Assembly: GCA_028716245.1 (NCBI GenBank)
Contig: JAQUQW010000005.1
Span: forward strand, 288-64,287
Source of the DNA: Candidatus Omnitrophota bacterium
GTDB lineage: Bacteria > Omnitrophota > Gorgyraeia > Gygaellales > Profunditerraquicolaceae
Length of the DNA: 64,000 bases
Direction: 5' to 3'
Every line of letters begins with the position of its first letter. The stretch's first letter is position 1. The notes beneath the pieces are model-generated. The model did not search any database. It had not been told where the DNA came from and saw only the letters and a program-made list of their open reading frames with translations. The position numbers and the translations under genes were made by a program. This document shows, in pieces, positions 28,824-38,995 of the stretch.

Positions 28824-29728
28824 TGAAAATAGAATTAAGAAGAAAATTCCCCCTGATTATCGCGGTTGTCTGCGGGATCGCGGCGATAATCTTGCTCAAC
28901 CTTTATCTTAAGAGCAGAGAAGGTGAAATCTGGGATAAGATGAGGCAAGCGGAACAAAAGGCCCAGGCTGCCAAACCAAAAGTGACCATGGGGGTTGTAC
29001 TGGTGGCAAAAAGAGAGATTCCGGTGCAGACGCCGATTACCGCCGAAGACCTTACATTTAGACAGGTGCCAATGGAATATATCCAGCCCGGCGCAGTTAC
29101 TTCTCTTGAACAGGTTATCGGCCAGATTGCTTCCGGTCCGATCGGCGCCGAAGAGCAGATACTGAGCACAAAACTTCTTCCTCCCGGAAATATCGGAAAG
29201 ACCCTTTCGGAAATTACGCCTGAAGGCAAGAGAGCAGTAACTGTTTCCGTGGATAACCTTGTCAGTATTGCCGGTTTACTAAAACCCGGAGATTACGTGG
29301 ATATATTCGCGCTCATTGCTTTGCCTAAGAAGACCATATCGCAGACAAAAGAAGAATCAGATCCGCGCTTAATCTCGCTTTTTCAAGGGGTGCAAGTATT
29401 GGCAATGGGAAATGAGCTGGTTGCTTCAAAATCTAAAACAAAAGAAAATGCGGCTACCGCGGCGCAAACCGTTACTTTCGCGCTTACGCCTCAAGAAGCG
29501 GTGTTACTTTCTTTTGTCCAGGAACACGGCAAGATTAAATTAGCCCTGCGTTCCTCGCAGGATACCAAGGTTGAGGCGGTTGCACCGGCTGATTGGGATA
29601 CCCTATTAAATTATTTATCCACCAGCCAGGGGGAGAAAGCCGGTTTGGAAGGCCAGCCGGTAGTTGAGATCTACCGCGGCTTGCAAAAAGAAATTGTTCC
29701 CCTATCAGCATCGAACAAACAAAAATGA
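28823..29728 (+). CDS. cpaB: Flp pilus assembly protein CpaB/RcpC (SAF + CpaB domains)
   Basis: N-terminal TM, SAF-like domain (REIPVQTPITAEDL...), CpaB C-domain; 1 nt overlap with the upstream gene. Confidence 0.75.
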   Translation: MKIELRRKFPLIIAVVCGIAAIILLNLYLKSREGEIWDKMRQAEQKAQAAKPKVTMGVVLVAKREIPVQTPITAEDLTFRQVPMEYIQPGAVTSLEQVIGQIASGPIGAEEQILSTKLLPPGNIGKTLSEITPEGKRAVTVSVDNLVSIAGLLKPGDYVDIFALIALPKKTISQTKEESDPRLISLFQGVQVLAMGNELVASKSKTKENAATAAQTVTFALTPQEAVLLSFVQEHGKIKLALRSSQDTKVEAVAPADWDTLLNYLSTSQGEKAGLEGQPVVEIYRGLQKEIVPLSASNKQK

Positions 29729-31377
29729 GGAATATTCTTAAACTCACATTTCTACTGTTTTTTATTTTGTCCGCGGCGCAGGCCTATCCGGAAGAGTTGA
29801 AAGTTATAACTTTATACGTCGCAGAAGGCAAGGTTGTGTCCGTAAATACTCCTACCCGGGTGGTGATCAATAATCCTAATGTTATTGACGTTACTTCAGT
29901 AAGCAAGGAGGATATGTTGCTGGCGGCCAAAAGTCCAGGCACAACCAATTTAGTCTGGTGGGATGCCGCCGGGCAGCATTCATTGCGGGTAGAGGTTTTT
30001 CAGGAAGATATGAATTTGGTTAAAAAAAGGATAGATACCTTATTAAAAGAATTGAACCTTCCCGGGGTTTTTACGCGAGGCTCGGATAGCGAAGGCAAGG
30101 TTTTACTTTTAGGAAGCGTAAAGCAGCCTGCGGATTTAGAGCGTATCGATACGGCATTAAGTTCGCTTAAAGGGAAAACCGCCAATCTTATCCAGCTAAA
30201 GGAAGAAAGGGCGGTAGTAGAGATTAAAGTGCAAGTCCTGGAATTAAATAAAGATGCCACCTCGAGTTTAGGTTTTAGTTTTCCAGGTTCCATCGATATT
30301 ACCGACATCGGCTCGCCAGGACTAGCTGCCGCAGGCACAAGCTGGGGAAAGTTATTTAAGGTATCGAATGTAGGCCGTGGTGCTTTTAATTTGACATTGG
30401 ATGCTTTGGTTCAGGAAGGCAAGGCGCGCATACTTTCTCAGCCCAGGCTTGCTTGCCAAAGCGGCAAGGAAGCTGAGTTGTTAGTCGGCGGAGAAAAGCC
30501 GATATTTAATACCAGTATAGCGGCTACAAGCGGAGCCAGCGGCACAAATATAGAATATAAAGAATTCGGCATTAAATTAAAAATAAAACCCACAATAACC
30601 GAAGATAAACAGATTAAATTGGCATTGAATGTGGAAGTCAGCGACGTGGGCACAGCGGAAACCATCGGTTCAACGGGCGGGAGCACGACTACGACTACGG
30701 CCTTGGCGTATCCTTTAAGCAAACGCAACGCATCCACCCAGCTTTTTGTTAATGACGGCCAGATGATGGCTATCGGCGGGTTGATCAAGCAAAAGACCGA
30801 GGAGGATGTCCGCAAAACTCCTTTCCTGGGGGATGTACCAGTGTTGGGATTATTTTTTAGGAAAAAGTCAACCAAGGTAGGAGGTGGTCAAGGAGAGAGA
30901 GGCGATACAGAGCTGTTGATTACGCTTACCCCTACTATTATAAAAGAACAACCCGTGCTTGCTGAAACAGCTAAGGCCCAGGCGTCCCCTTCAGCCGTCA
31001 ACGTACCTATAACCAGAGAAGGCGCTAAAAGCGCAGAGTCCTTGCCCGCTAAAACTAAAGTACTTTCTCCTGCCGAAATAACCAGCCAGGCGTTGTCCGA
31101 ATACATGCACAAAATTAGCAAACGCATACAGGACAATTTCGTTTATCCTTGGGCAGCCAAACAAGGCAAAATGCAGGGAACGGTAAGATTAGGTTTGCGG
31201 CTTGATTCTATGGGCACGCTCTTAGAGGTTGAGGTTAAACAGTCATCAGGATACAACATATTTGATGAGAACGCAGTGAGTATGGTTAAAAAATTATCTC
31301 CTTATCCTCCGTTTCCTGCACAGCTCAAGCAAAAGGAACTCCGGGTAGATCTCCCTATCGTCTATAAACTGGATTAA
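29725..31377 (+). CDS. cpaC: Tad secretin CpaC/RcpA with C-terminal TonB_C-like domain
   Basis: Signal peptide, BON-like N-domains, and a secretin domain (...FLGDVPVLGLFFR...TELLITLTP...). A ~140 aa C-terminal extension reads YPWAAKQGKMQGTVRLGLRLDSMGTLLEVEVKQSSGYNIFDENAVSMVKKLSPYPPFP, like a TonB C-terminal domain. Confidence 0.75.
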   Translation: MRNILKLTFLLFFILSAAQAYPEELKVITLYVAEGKVVSVNTPTRVVINNPNVIDVTSVSKEDMLLAAKSPGTTNLVWWDAAGQHSLRVEVFQEDMNLVKKRIDTLLKELNLPGVFTRGSDSEGKVLLLGSVKQPADLERIDTALSSLKGKTANLIQLKEERAVVEIKVQVLELNKDATSSLGFSFPGSIDITDIGSPGLAAAGTSWGKLFKVSNVGRGAFNLTLDALVQEGKARILSQPRLACQSGKEAELLVGGEKPIFNTSIAATSGASGTNIEYKEFGIKLKIKPTITEDKQIKLALNVEVSDVGTAETIGSTGGSTTTTTALAYPLSKRNASTQLFVNDGQMMAIGGLIKQKTEEDVRKTPFLGDVPVLGLFFRKKSTKVGGGQGERGDTELLITLTPTIIKEQPVLAETAKAQASPSAVNVPITREGAKSAESLPAKTKVLSPAEITSQALSEYMHKISKRIQDNFVYPWAAKQGKMQGTVRLGLRLDSMGTLLEVEVKQSSGYNIFDENAVSMVKKLSPYPPFPAQLKQKELRVDLPIVYKLD

Positions 31378-31378
31378 T

Positions 31379-33556
31379 ATGGCCCAGATTATTTCTATTT
31401 TTAGCACCAAAGGCGGCGTAGGAAGGACCTTTATTGTCACCAACCTTGCCATTGCCTTAGCGCAAAAAATAACCAAAGGCAAAAAGGTTTTACTTTTTGA
31501 TACTGATTTACAGTTGCCGGGCAATATGGCGATGCTCTTGAATTTAAAGCCAAAAAAGCCCTTGGTTGATCTTATCCCCGAATGGCGTAAAGGTAATTAT
31601 ACGCCCTCCCAGATTGGCGAATATATCCTTCATTATCCCGCCGCAAGTATGGACCTGCTTCCCCTGGTCTTAACTGCCGAAGAAAGGCCGTATGTAGATG
31701 AAAAATTTATCTCTTGCGTTCTGAGCGATTTGATTAAGGAATACGAATTTATCGTTTGCGATAGCGGCAGGACATTTAATAAAGCGCTTGTGGCTATCCT
31801 TGAACAGACAAATTTGATTTTGCTGGCGATTAATCCCGACATCCTTTCGGTTTATCAGGCAAAAGAAGATATCAAGACACTGCAGTCACTATATTTTCCC
31901 GCCAAGATGATGCGTGTGGTTTTAAACCGCGCGGAAAGCACCGGCGCGGTATCCTGGCAGGAGGTAAGGGCGGCTTTGCCCTGCGATATCATCAGCCGCA
32001 TCCCGTCGGAGGGCAGGGTTGTGGGCTCGGCCTTAAACCGCGGCATACCCGTTGTGTTGGATAGTCCGCGCTCGCGCGTAAGTATTGTGCTGGATAAATT
32101 AGCTGAAGATTTAATCGCTCACCCGGATTTTTTTATCTCCCATAAAAAATTGGAAGCAGCTGTTCCGGCTGTGGAAAAAAAGAAAGAATTTTTAGAAGAG
32201 GATACCTCTTCTTTGGAATCCCTTTCCTTGGGCGGCCGTAAGCCCATTGAGAGAAAACTTACCGGCGAAGAGAAAATAGACGACTTAAAACAACGGGTGC
32301 ACAAGCGCGTTATTCAGGAATTGGATCTACGGCGCCTGGATCGCGTAGCCGGGGACCTGACAAAAATCGCGGATTTACGCCAGAAGACAATGAAAGCGAT
32401 TAATATCGCGCTAACTGATGAAGCCGGGGCGCTTATTTCTTCGCGGGAGGAGCGGGAGCGCCTGATCAAGGAGATCAGTGACGAAATTTTGGGCCTGGGC
32501 CCTTTGGAAGATTTGATCAATGACCCCGAAATTACCGATATTTTAGTTAACAATAAGAGCCAAATCTACATCGAAAAGCACGGCAAGTTAGAGTTAGTTT
32601 CCAAGCGTTTCGTATCCAATGATCAGGTGCGCCAGATAATCGAGCGCATTATCGCGCCCTTAGGCAGGAGGGTGGATGAGTCGGTGCCGATGGTTGACGG
32701 CCGGCTTTCCGACGGTTCGCGGGTTAACGCGATCATTCCTCCGCTTTCCCTTACCGGGCCGACGCTGACGATCAGGAAATTCAGCCAGGAGCGGCTTAAG
32801 GTTAATGATTTAGAACGGCTGAATGCTTTAAATAATACAATGGGAGAATTTCTTAGAGCCTGCGTTGTCTGCCGCAAGAATATAATTATTTCAGGAGGCA
32901 CCGGCTCAGGAAAAACTACGGTTTTAAATGTGCTCTCCGAGTTTGTTCCCGAAGGAGAAAGGGTGATCACGATTGAAGATGCCGCGGAATTAAAGCTCGA
33001 CCACCAGCACTGGATCCGCCTGGAGTCGCGGCCGCCGAATATTGAAGGGAAAGGGGCGATTTTCGTGCAAGATTTGTTCAGGAATTCTCTGCGCATGCGG
33101 CCTGACCGGATTATCATCGGAGAATGCCGCGGCCAGGAAGCTTTGGATATGCTCCAGGCGATGAACACCGGCCACGACGGCTCGATGACTACCATCCATG
33201 CTAACTCCACCCAAGATGTCTTAGCGCGCCTGGATTCGCTGATCCTGATGAGCGGTATCGAGATTCCCCTGCGGGCAATCCGCGAGATGATTGCCTCAAG
33301 CATCGATATGATCGTCCATACCGCCCGTTTTTCCGACGGCTCAAGAAAGATTACCCAGATAACCGAAATTACCGGGATGGCCGACGAGATGCATATCGGA
33401 TTAAACGATATATTTATTTTTGAGCAGTCCGGTATTGACAGCCAGGGAAAAGTCCAGGGAGAGTTTAAAGCCACAGGAATATTGCCGACCTTTCTAGATG
33501 ACCTACGCAAAAGTGGCAGTATCTTTTCAGAAGAAGTATTCAAAAAGAAAGAGTAA
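31379..33556 (+). CDS. fused CpaE/TadZ-like (MinD/ParA-fold) + CpaF/TadA secretion ATPase
   Basis: N-terminal KGGVGRTF deviant Walker A (CpaE-like). The C-terminal T2SSE ATPase has GGTGSGKTT, a DxxE box, an RPDRIIIGECRGQEA Asp box, and an NTGHDGSMTTIHANS His box. One 725 aa ORF. Confidence 0.8.
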   Translation: MAQIISIFSTKGGVGRTFIVTNLAIALAQKITKGKKVLLFDTDLQLPGNMAMLLNLKPKKPLVDLIPEWRKGNYTPSQIGEYILHYPAASMDLLPLVLTAEERPYVDEKFISCVLSDLIKEYEFIVCDSGRTFNKALVAILEQTNLILLAINPDILSVYQAKEDIKTLQSLYFPAKMMRVVLNRAESTGAVSWQEVRAALPCDIISRIPSEGRVVGSALNRGIPVVLDSPRSRVSIVLDKLAEDLIAHPDFFISHKKLEAAVPAVEKKKEFLEEDTSSLESLSLGGRKPIERKLTGEEKIDDLKQRVHKRVIQELDLRRLDRVAGDLTKIADLRQKTMKAINIALTDEAGALISSREERERLIKEISDEILGLGPLEDLINDPEITDILVNNKSQIYIEKHGKLELVSKRFVSNDQVRQIIERIIAPLGRRVDESVPMVDGRLSDGSRVNAIIPPLSLTGPTLTIRKFSQERLKVNDLERLNALNNTMGEFLRACVVCRKNIIISGGTGSGKTTVLNVLSEFVPEGERVITIEDAAELKLDHQHWIRLESRPPNIEGKGAIFVQDLFRNSLRMRPDRIIIGECRGQEALDMLQAMNTGHDGSMTTIHANSTQDVLARLDSLILMSGIEIPLRAIREMIASSIDMIVHTARFSDGSRKITQITEITGMADEMHIGLNDIFIFEQSGIDSQGKVQGEFKATGILPTFLDDLRKSGSIFSEEVFKKKE

Positions 33557-35859
33557 TGAATTTCTTCCGCAAAAACCAACCACTAAACCAACGCAGCCAG
33601 ATTGCCGTGATTATCACCTTTGTCATCGCGGTGATTTTTTTATTTATCGCGGTATTTATAAACCTCGCCAAAGTAAGTCAGACTAAGACTACAACCAGCA
33701 CTGCCGCGGATAAGGCCGCTTTGAGTTTAGCTTCGCAGCTGGGCAGTATGAGCCATTATTATAAGGATAAAGTGTTAAAGCTAAGCGGTTCGTCTTGTGC
33801 CACTCCTCCCTGCCAGGCATGTGACACTGATTGGTTGAGTTTAGCGACAATAATAGTGGCAATAGTTGGAGTTGCAGTTGGTATTTTTATTCCTCCAGTA
33901 GCACTTGGTGCCGCCGTTATAATGGGTGCGATTGCTATCAATTCGGCATTGCTCGGTGGAATAAACACGAAATTTAAGGAAATGACTGGATACAATGCTT
34001 CTCGAGAGAGTACATTATTCCAGGCCCTTCGCGATACCCAAAGCGATGATGTTGAGTTAAAAAGTATGGGGGCAGGCCTTTTTCGTGATGCGGAAACCGG
34101 CAAGGTTTACGATTTAAGTACTATTCCTGAAATGCGCAATGAAAAGAAAGTAAGCAGATTTGCCGCTTGGTATTATTTTTTGAGGCTTCCTTTGGTAGGC
34201 GACGAGGCGATGAAAAGAAGTTTAGATATATTTTTATTGGAGGGGATAAGGAGGTTTGTTGATGTGGATGAGTGGGATTCCAACCAATGGAAGATTAATA
34301 AGTTATCTTATGTGATTGGACCAGGTAATGGAAGCAGCAATTACGATGTGACCTGCTCCGCATCCTGCCCGGATTGGGTAAAAACCCCCGCGCAAGGACT
34401 GTTAAGAATGGTAAGGATGGATACTTCGGATAATGTCTACGGTGGATTTTTAAAGGATAAACTTCTTAGCTTATTACAGCGGTTAGAATGCGCATATGGT
34501 TTAACCTTTTGTAGCTCATTAGGGATATGCAGCAGTCTGACAGTAAGTTGCGGCGACGTAAATAACCTGATTGAAGATTTGAGAGAGTTTTTGTTAAGAA
34601 GCAAAGAGGTGTTAAACCTGCCGGTTTCTAAGCGGCTCGAACAATTAACACAATGGTTTCCGCTATGGTATAATTTTAAATATCATTGCGATCATCGATG
34701 GTTTAAAGACAGCTCGGGTAACTGTATCGATCCAAATAGCGACCCCAACCTAAATGACGACTATAAATACGATATTTATTTGCGCTTGACCCGCGACCAG
34801 ATTAAAATTAAGAGTTGGATTGCCGAGCTGCAAACTTTAAACAATAATAGAATTGTTCCGGATATAGCAAAGAAACACGGGGAATGTACTTGGGGCAGAG
34901 GTGCTTCAGTTAGTAGTACCTGTTATACGCAATACGGTTGCAGCACTTCTGAATGCGGTTGTCACTGTTGCGGCAGCGATTGCAGCGATTGTTGCTGTAA
35001 TACCTGTTGTTATCCGTCTTCTAGAAAATCACCCTGTGCTTGGGAAGGAACATATTATACTTGCGATCAGAATCCGCCCGTCTGTAGGAGTGGAGATTTA
35101 TATGGCGCAGTCCCAGGCTGGTGCGGTTCTCGCGCAGACCATGCAGGGTGCCATAGTAACTGTGGATGTGATGTCCAAAATTTTGATACTACTACTGGTG
35201 GAGCAAAAGATTTCCAAGGCCAGTTATCCTGGCGTCCTCCTATGGCGGGAAATTCGGATGGCACTGATAAGCCGACTGAAGTTGATCAGGCAATCAGAAT
35301 CCTGGGTGCCTTAAATGATGATCTCGCCAGGATAAAGACGTCTATTGGTGATTTAGCGGATAGCGTAGCGGCTAATCTGTCCAACACAGACGCTAAAAGA
35401 AATGAGATTATTTATGCCTGGAAGGATAAGCCCAAGGCGGATGGCAGCCAGCAATTTTCTCACTTTGTCAAAGTAAAGATTACTGGTTACCCTGAGAAAT
35501 TACCCAATATTACTGAAAGTACGGGATGGGGGTGGGTAGGAATTATTCCTGCTCCACAGAAGTGCCGCACGTTAAACGATTACCAGGGTGATTTTACGAT
35601 AAGCACCTGGCGTTATGACCAGGATCAGCCAACGGATATAGCCGGATGGAAACTGAAGCGCAGGAAAACACCCTCTACCGCTGAATTTGTCCCTGCACAA
35701 TTAGAAAAAATAGTAGCGGATGTCCAGGATAACGCTAAGATAGATTCAACCCAAAGTTATGTTGCTTCGATTTTAGACTACTCGATTGCCAGTTGCAGCC
35801 AAGCGCATTACGGACCGGAAAAAAGCGACATTTATATAACCGGAACTCAATGTGAATAA
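33556..35859 (+). CDS. TadG/TadE-like large pilus-associated protein with cysteine-rich region
   Basis: N-terminal TM followed by AADKAALSLASQ (Tad PF13400-like). 767 aa. A Cys cluster reads CGCHCCGSDCSDCCCNTCCYP. Confidence 0.5.
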   Translation: MNFFRKNQPLNQRSQIAVIITFVIAVIFLFIAVFINLAKVSQTKTTTSTAADKAALSLASQLGSMSHYYKDKVLKLSGSSCATPPCQACDTDWLSLATIIVAIVGVAVGIFIPPVALGAAVIMGAIAINSALLGGINTKFKEMTGYNASRESTLFQALRDTQSDDVELKSMGAGLFRDAETGKVYDLSTIPEMRNEKKVSRFAAWYYFLRLPLVGDEAMKRSLDIFLLEGIRRFVDVDEWDSNQWKINKLSYVIGPGNGSSNYDVTCSASCPDWVKTPAQGLLRMVRMDTSDNVYGGFLKDKLLSLLQRLECAYGLTFCSSLGICSSLTVSCGDVNNLIEDLREFLLRSKEVLNLPVSKRLEQLTQWFPLWYNFKYHCDHRWFKDSSGNCIDPNSDPNLNDDYKYDIYLRLTRDQIKIKSWIAELQTLNNNRIVPDIAKKHGECTWGRGASVSSTCYTQYGCSTSECGCHCCGSDCSDCCCNTCCYPSSRKSPCAWEGTYYTCDQNPPVCRSGDLYGAVPGWCGSRADHAGCHSNCGCDVQNFDTTTGGAKDFQGQLSWRPPMAGNSDGTDKPTEVDQAIRILGALNDDLARIKTSIGDLADSVAANLSNTDAKRNEIIYAWKDKPKADGSQQFSHFVKVKITGYPEKLPNITESTGWGWVGIIPAPQKCRTLNDYQGDFTISTWRYDQDQPTDIAGWKLKRRKTPSTAEFVPAQLEKIVADVQDNAKIDSTQSYVASILDYSIASCSQAHYGPEKSDIYITGTQCE

Positions 35860-38430
35860 CAAAAAACTTTTTTTCTTCAGTCTTTTATATTTTTTTTTCT
35901 GTTCGGCGCCGGCCTAGCGCAAGCAAAATCCGCAATTGATATCCTGGTTTTTTCCCCCCACCCCGACGATGAAACCCTCGCCTGCGGCGGCTCCATTAGC
36001 AAGGCAATCAAAGAAAATAAAAAGGTAAAAGTTATCTTTATGACTAACGGTGACGCGTATCCGGAGTCCGCGTCGATTTGGTTAAAAAAGAAGCCGCAAG
36101 AGCTTACTGCCGAAGATTATATTGTTTTTGGCAAGGAGCGCAAAAAAGAAGCGTTGCGTGCAATAAAAATACTTGGGTTGAAGCAAAAAGACGCGATTTT
36201 TTTGAATTATCCGGATAATGGGTTGTTTTCTCTTTGGACGCAAGAAGAATTTCCGGGTAAAAAAAAATATAGTAAAAGAAACCTGCTCAACGATATTAAG
36301 AATATCCTAAGCGATTACCAGCCCAAAATAATTTATCTTCCCCATCCCGCGGATAATCATAAGGACCATCAGGCAACAACACTTTTCGTCTATCTTGCTT
36401 TAAAAGAATTAAAGGATGCAGATAAGAATAATAGCTGGATAGATTCTTTAGAGCCCTATTATTATCTTGTTCACCGGGCTCTCAACGATAATCTTTTTCA
36501 GGTACCTGCGCGCCGCCAAGACATTGTTGATTTCAAGCAGCAAAAGTTAAAAGCGTTGAACCAATACCACACTCAATTAACCAGCGATAAGGAATTTTTG
36601 GAGGGTTTTATTAAGGATAGTGAATTATTCTGGGACGTGCCAAAAGATAAGCCAGTATATCTTAATAATCTTGAGACGGAATGGCAAGGAATAGCCGAAT
36701 ATATGCGGAGCAAGGGTTATAATGTGAATTTTGCTCCCGTAGTAGATGTCGCGGATAATATTGAAAACATGAACAATCCTTTGGTGAAAAAACAACGGAT
36801 GTATTCGCAAGACCCGCGAGTTGTCAGCGAAGTGGCTTGCGCGATAATCAGCGGAATGATTAAAGGCAAGATAATCCCGGTGCTAAAACATTTTCCCGGC
36901 TTAGGCCGAGTCGATGATGATACCCATCTTATGTTGCCTAAAGCAACCGTATCCGATACGGAACTTTATAAAAGAGATCTTTTTCCTTTTAGCGAACTCA
37001 TTAAGAAATATCCCGGTATATGGATAATGATTGACCATGCGATTTATCCCGGTTTAAGTGATAAGCCTGCTTCGTTATCTTATGAAATTCAAACTAAACT
37101 TTTGCGCGAAAAGTTGGGTTTTAAAGGAATAATTGTCGCGGATGAGCTATTAGGAATGCGGGCAATCAAGGAATATGCTTTAAGAGAGGCAATTAGAGAG
37201 CCTGTTATCGGCGAGATTGTAGCCAGGGCATTTGAAGCCGGAACGGATATTGCCGTAATTTATCCGCCTTGCGGTAATACCGAAAGAGTTGTTTCTGATA
37301 TAATTAAAAACGTAAGGCAAGCGGTAAAGGAGGGCCGGCTCGATGAAAAAAGCATCAATGAATCAGTTATCCGGATACTCAAAGAAAAAGAAAAGATTTT
37401 TGGCAGGCGTCTGGTTTATTTAGTAAAAAAAATGCCGCTTGCCGAAAAAATCGGGCAGAAGCTCGTATTCGATTATCATAACGATATAGGCGTATTTAAT
37501 AAATATAATATCGGCGGGGTTTATCTGCACGACCATAATGCCATAGATAAAACACAAAAAGATACTAAAATACCGCTATTTATAATCGGCCAACATGAAG
37601 GGGGCATAATTAGCCAGTATACGGTTAATAGCCGCAGTGCTTACGTGATTGGTAAAGAGTTCGAGGTGCTGGTAAAAAAAGATAAGGCGGATGTCGGGGG
37701 GAATATGCGCCTGCTCTGTTTAGCCGCGCATCCCGACGATGAAGACGGCGAAGCGCTGGTTTATTTCCGCGAAAAATTGAATTACCAAACTTACCTGCTT
37801 TTGGCTACGCGGGGAGAAGGGGGTAGGGATAAAATAAGTTCCGCTCTTGGCGATGAATTGGGGATTTTGCGCACCAAAGAGGAGGAGAAAGCCGCTTCGA
37901 TTTTAGGGGTAAGAAAGGTTTATTATTTAGGCAAGACAGATTTCGGTTACACCCTCTCAGTCGATAAGTCTCTTGAAAAATGGGGTAAAAAAGATACCCT
38001 GGAAAAATTAGTTTATTTTATCCGCCTGATCAGGCCGCAGATAATCATTACCAAACACAATGACTCGGATCCCAAAGAGCACGGTCAGCATCAAGCTTTG
38101 GTTATGCTTGCCAAAGAGGCGTTTGATTTAGCCGGCGACCCAAAAGCTTATCCCGGGATGATCAGGGATGGGTTATTGCCCTGGCAGCCGCTTAAGTTTT
38201 ATCAACGCTCAACAAACAATGAAGCGGATGCGGCAGATAACCAACTTAAAATTAATTCCGCAGAATATATCCCGGCGGAACGGAAAACAATTCATCAGAT
38301 CGCTTTTAAGTCATTGACCCAGCACCGCAGCCAGAGTAATTGGGAGCATTTAAGGACAAATATCCCAAAGCTAATCCGCTATCAATTGGTTAAATCCGGA
38401 AGCTGTTCAGAGAAAGAAAATTATTTTTAA
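35852..38430 (+). CDS. three-domain exopolysaccharide-modifying enzyme: PIG-L/LmbE deacetylase, GH3 (NagZ-like) hydrolase, second PIG-L deacetylase; 5' end frameshifted in a T9 tract
   Basis: A GTG at 35852 encodes the signal peptide MNNKKLFFFSLLYFFF. A single-T gap in the run 35890-35898 shifts into the long frame (...LFGAGLAQA...VFSPHPDDE...). The intact ORF is listed from 36040. GH3 motif KHFPGLGRVDDDTH; second deacetylase AAHPDDEDGE. Confidence 0.7.
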
Positions 38431-38443
38431 AAGGGAGGATAAA

Positions 38444-38995
38444 ATGAATATAGGAAAATATAATTTGCGCAAGGCAAGTATAAATATTTTTGCAGCGTTA
38501 CTTTTTATTACCGCCAATGCTTATGCCCAAGACCCGGAAAAGGAAATGTTCGATAAAGGCAATGACTATTTTAAAAGTAAGCTCTACGATAGGGCGATTA
38601 GCGCGTTTAATACCGCCATTCAGATTAAGCCGGGTTATAGCGCCGCGTATTATCACCGGGGGCGTGCCTACGCTGAAAACGGGGACATTGACCAGGCAAT
38701 CTCTGACTACGCCAAGGCAATAGAACTCAACGCTAATTATACAAAGGCATATTATCGGCGTGGCCTTGCCTATGCTAAAAAGGGTGATCTTGATCAGGCA
38801 ATCTCTGACTACGCCAAGGCAATAGAACTGGATCCCAAATTAGCCGGGGCTTATAATAACCGGGCCAGCGCGTATTTTCTAAAGCAGGAATACAATAAAT
38901 GCTGGGAAGATGTCCACAGGTTAGAAGCGTTGGGCGAGAAACCGCATCCTGAATTCCTTGAGCAATTGAAGAAGTTATCCGGCAGGGAAAGGTGA
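38444..38995 (+). CDS. secreted TPR-repeat protein (TadD-like candidate)
   Basis: Signal peptide and at least 4 TPR units; exact internal 35 bp duplication (38693-38727 = 38799-38833). Confidence 0.6.
   Translation: MNIGKYNLRKASINIFAALLFITANAYAQDPEKEMFDKGNDYFKSKLYDRAISAFNTAIQIKPGYSAAYYHRGRAYAENGDIDQAISDYAKAIELNANYTKAYYRRGLAYAKKGDLDQAISDYAKAIELDPKLAGAYNNRASAYFLKQEYNKCWEDVHRLEALGEKPHPEFLEQLKKLSGRER

Noticed and set aside
32623-33579. 318 aa minus-strand ORF
   Set aside because: It lies entirely antisense to the well-supported CpaE-CpaF gene and has no recognisable motifs. It is a spurious antisense ORF in a GC-richer stretch.
38490-38723. 77 aa alternative-frame ORF inside the TPR gene
   Set aside because: It overlaps a gene with clear TPR repeats and a signal peptide, and has no independent support.
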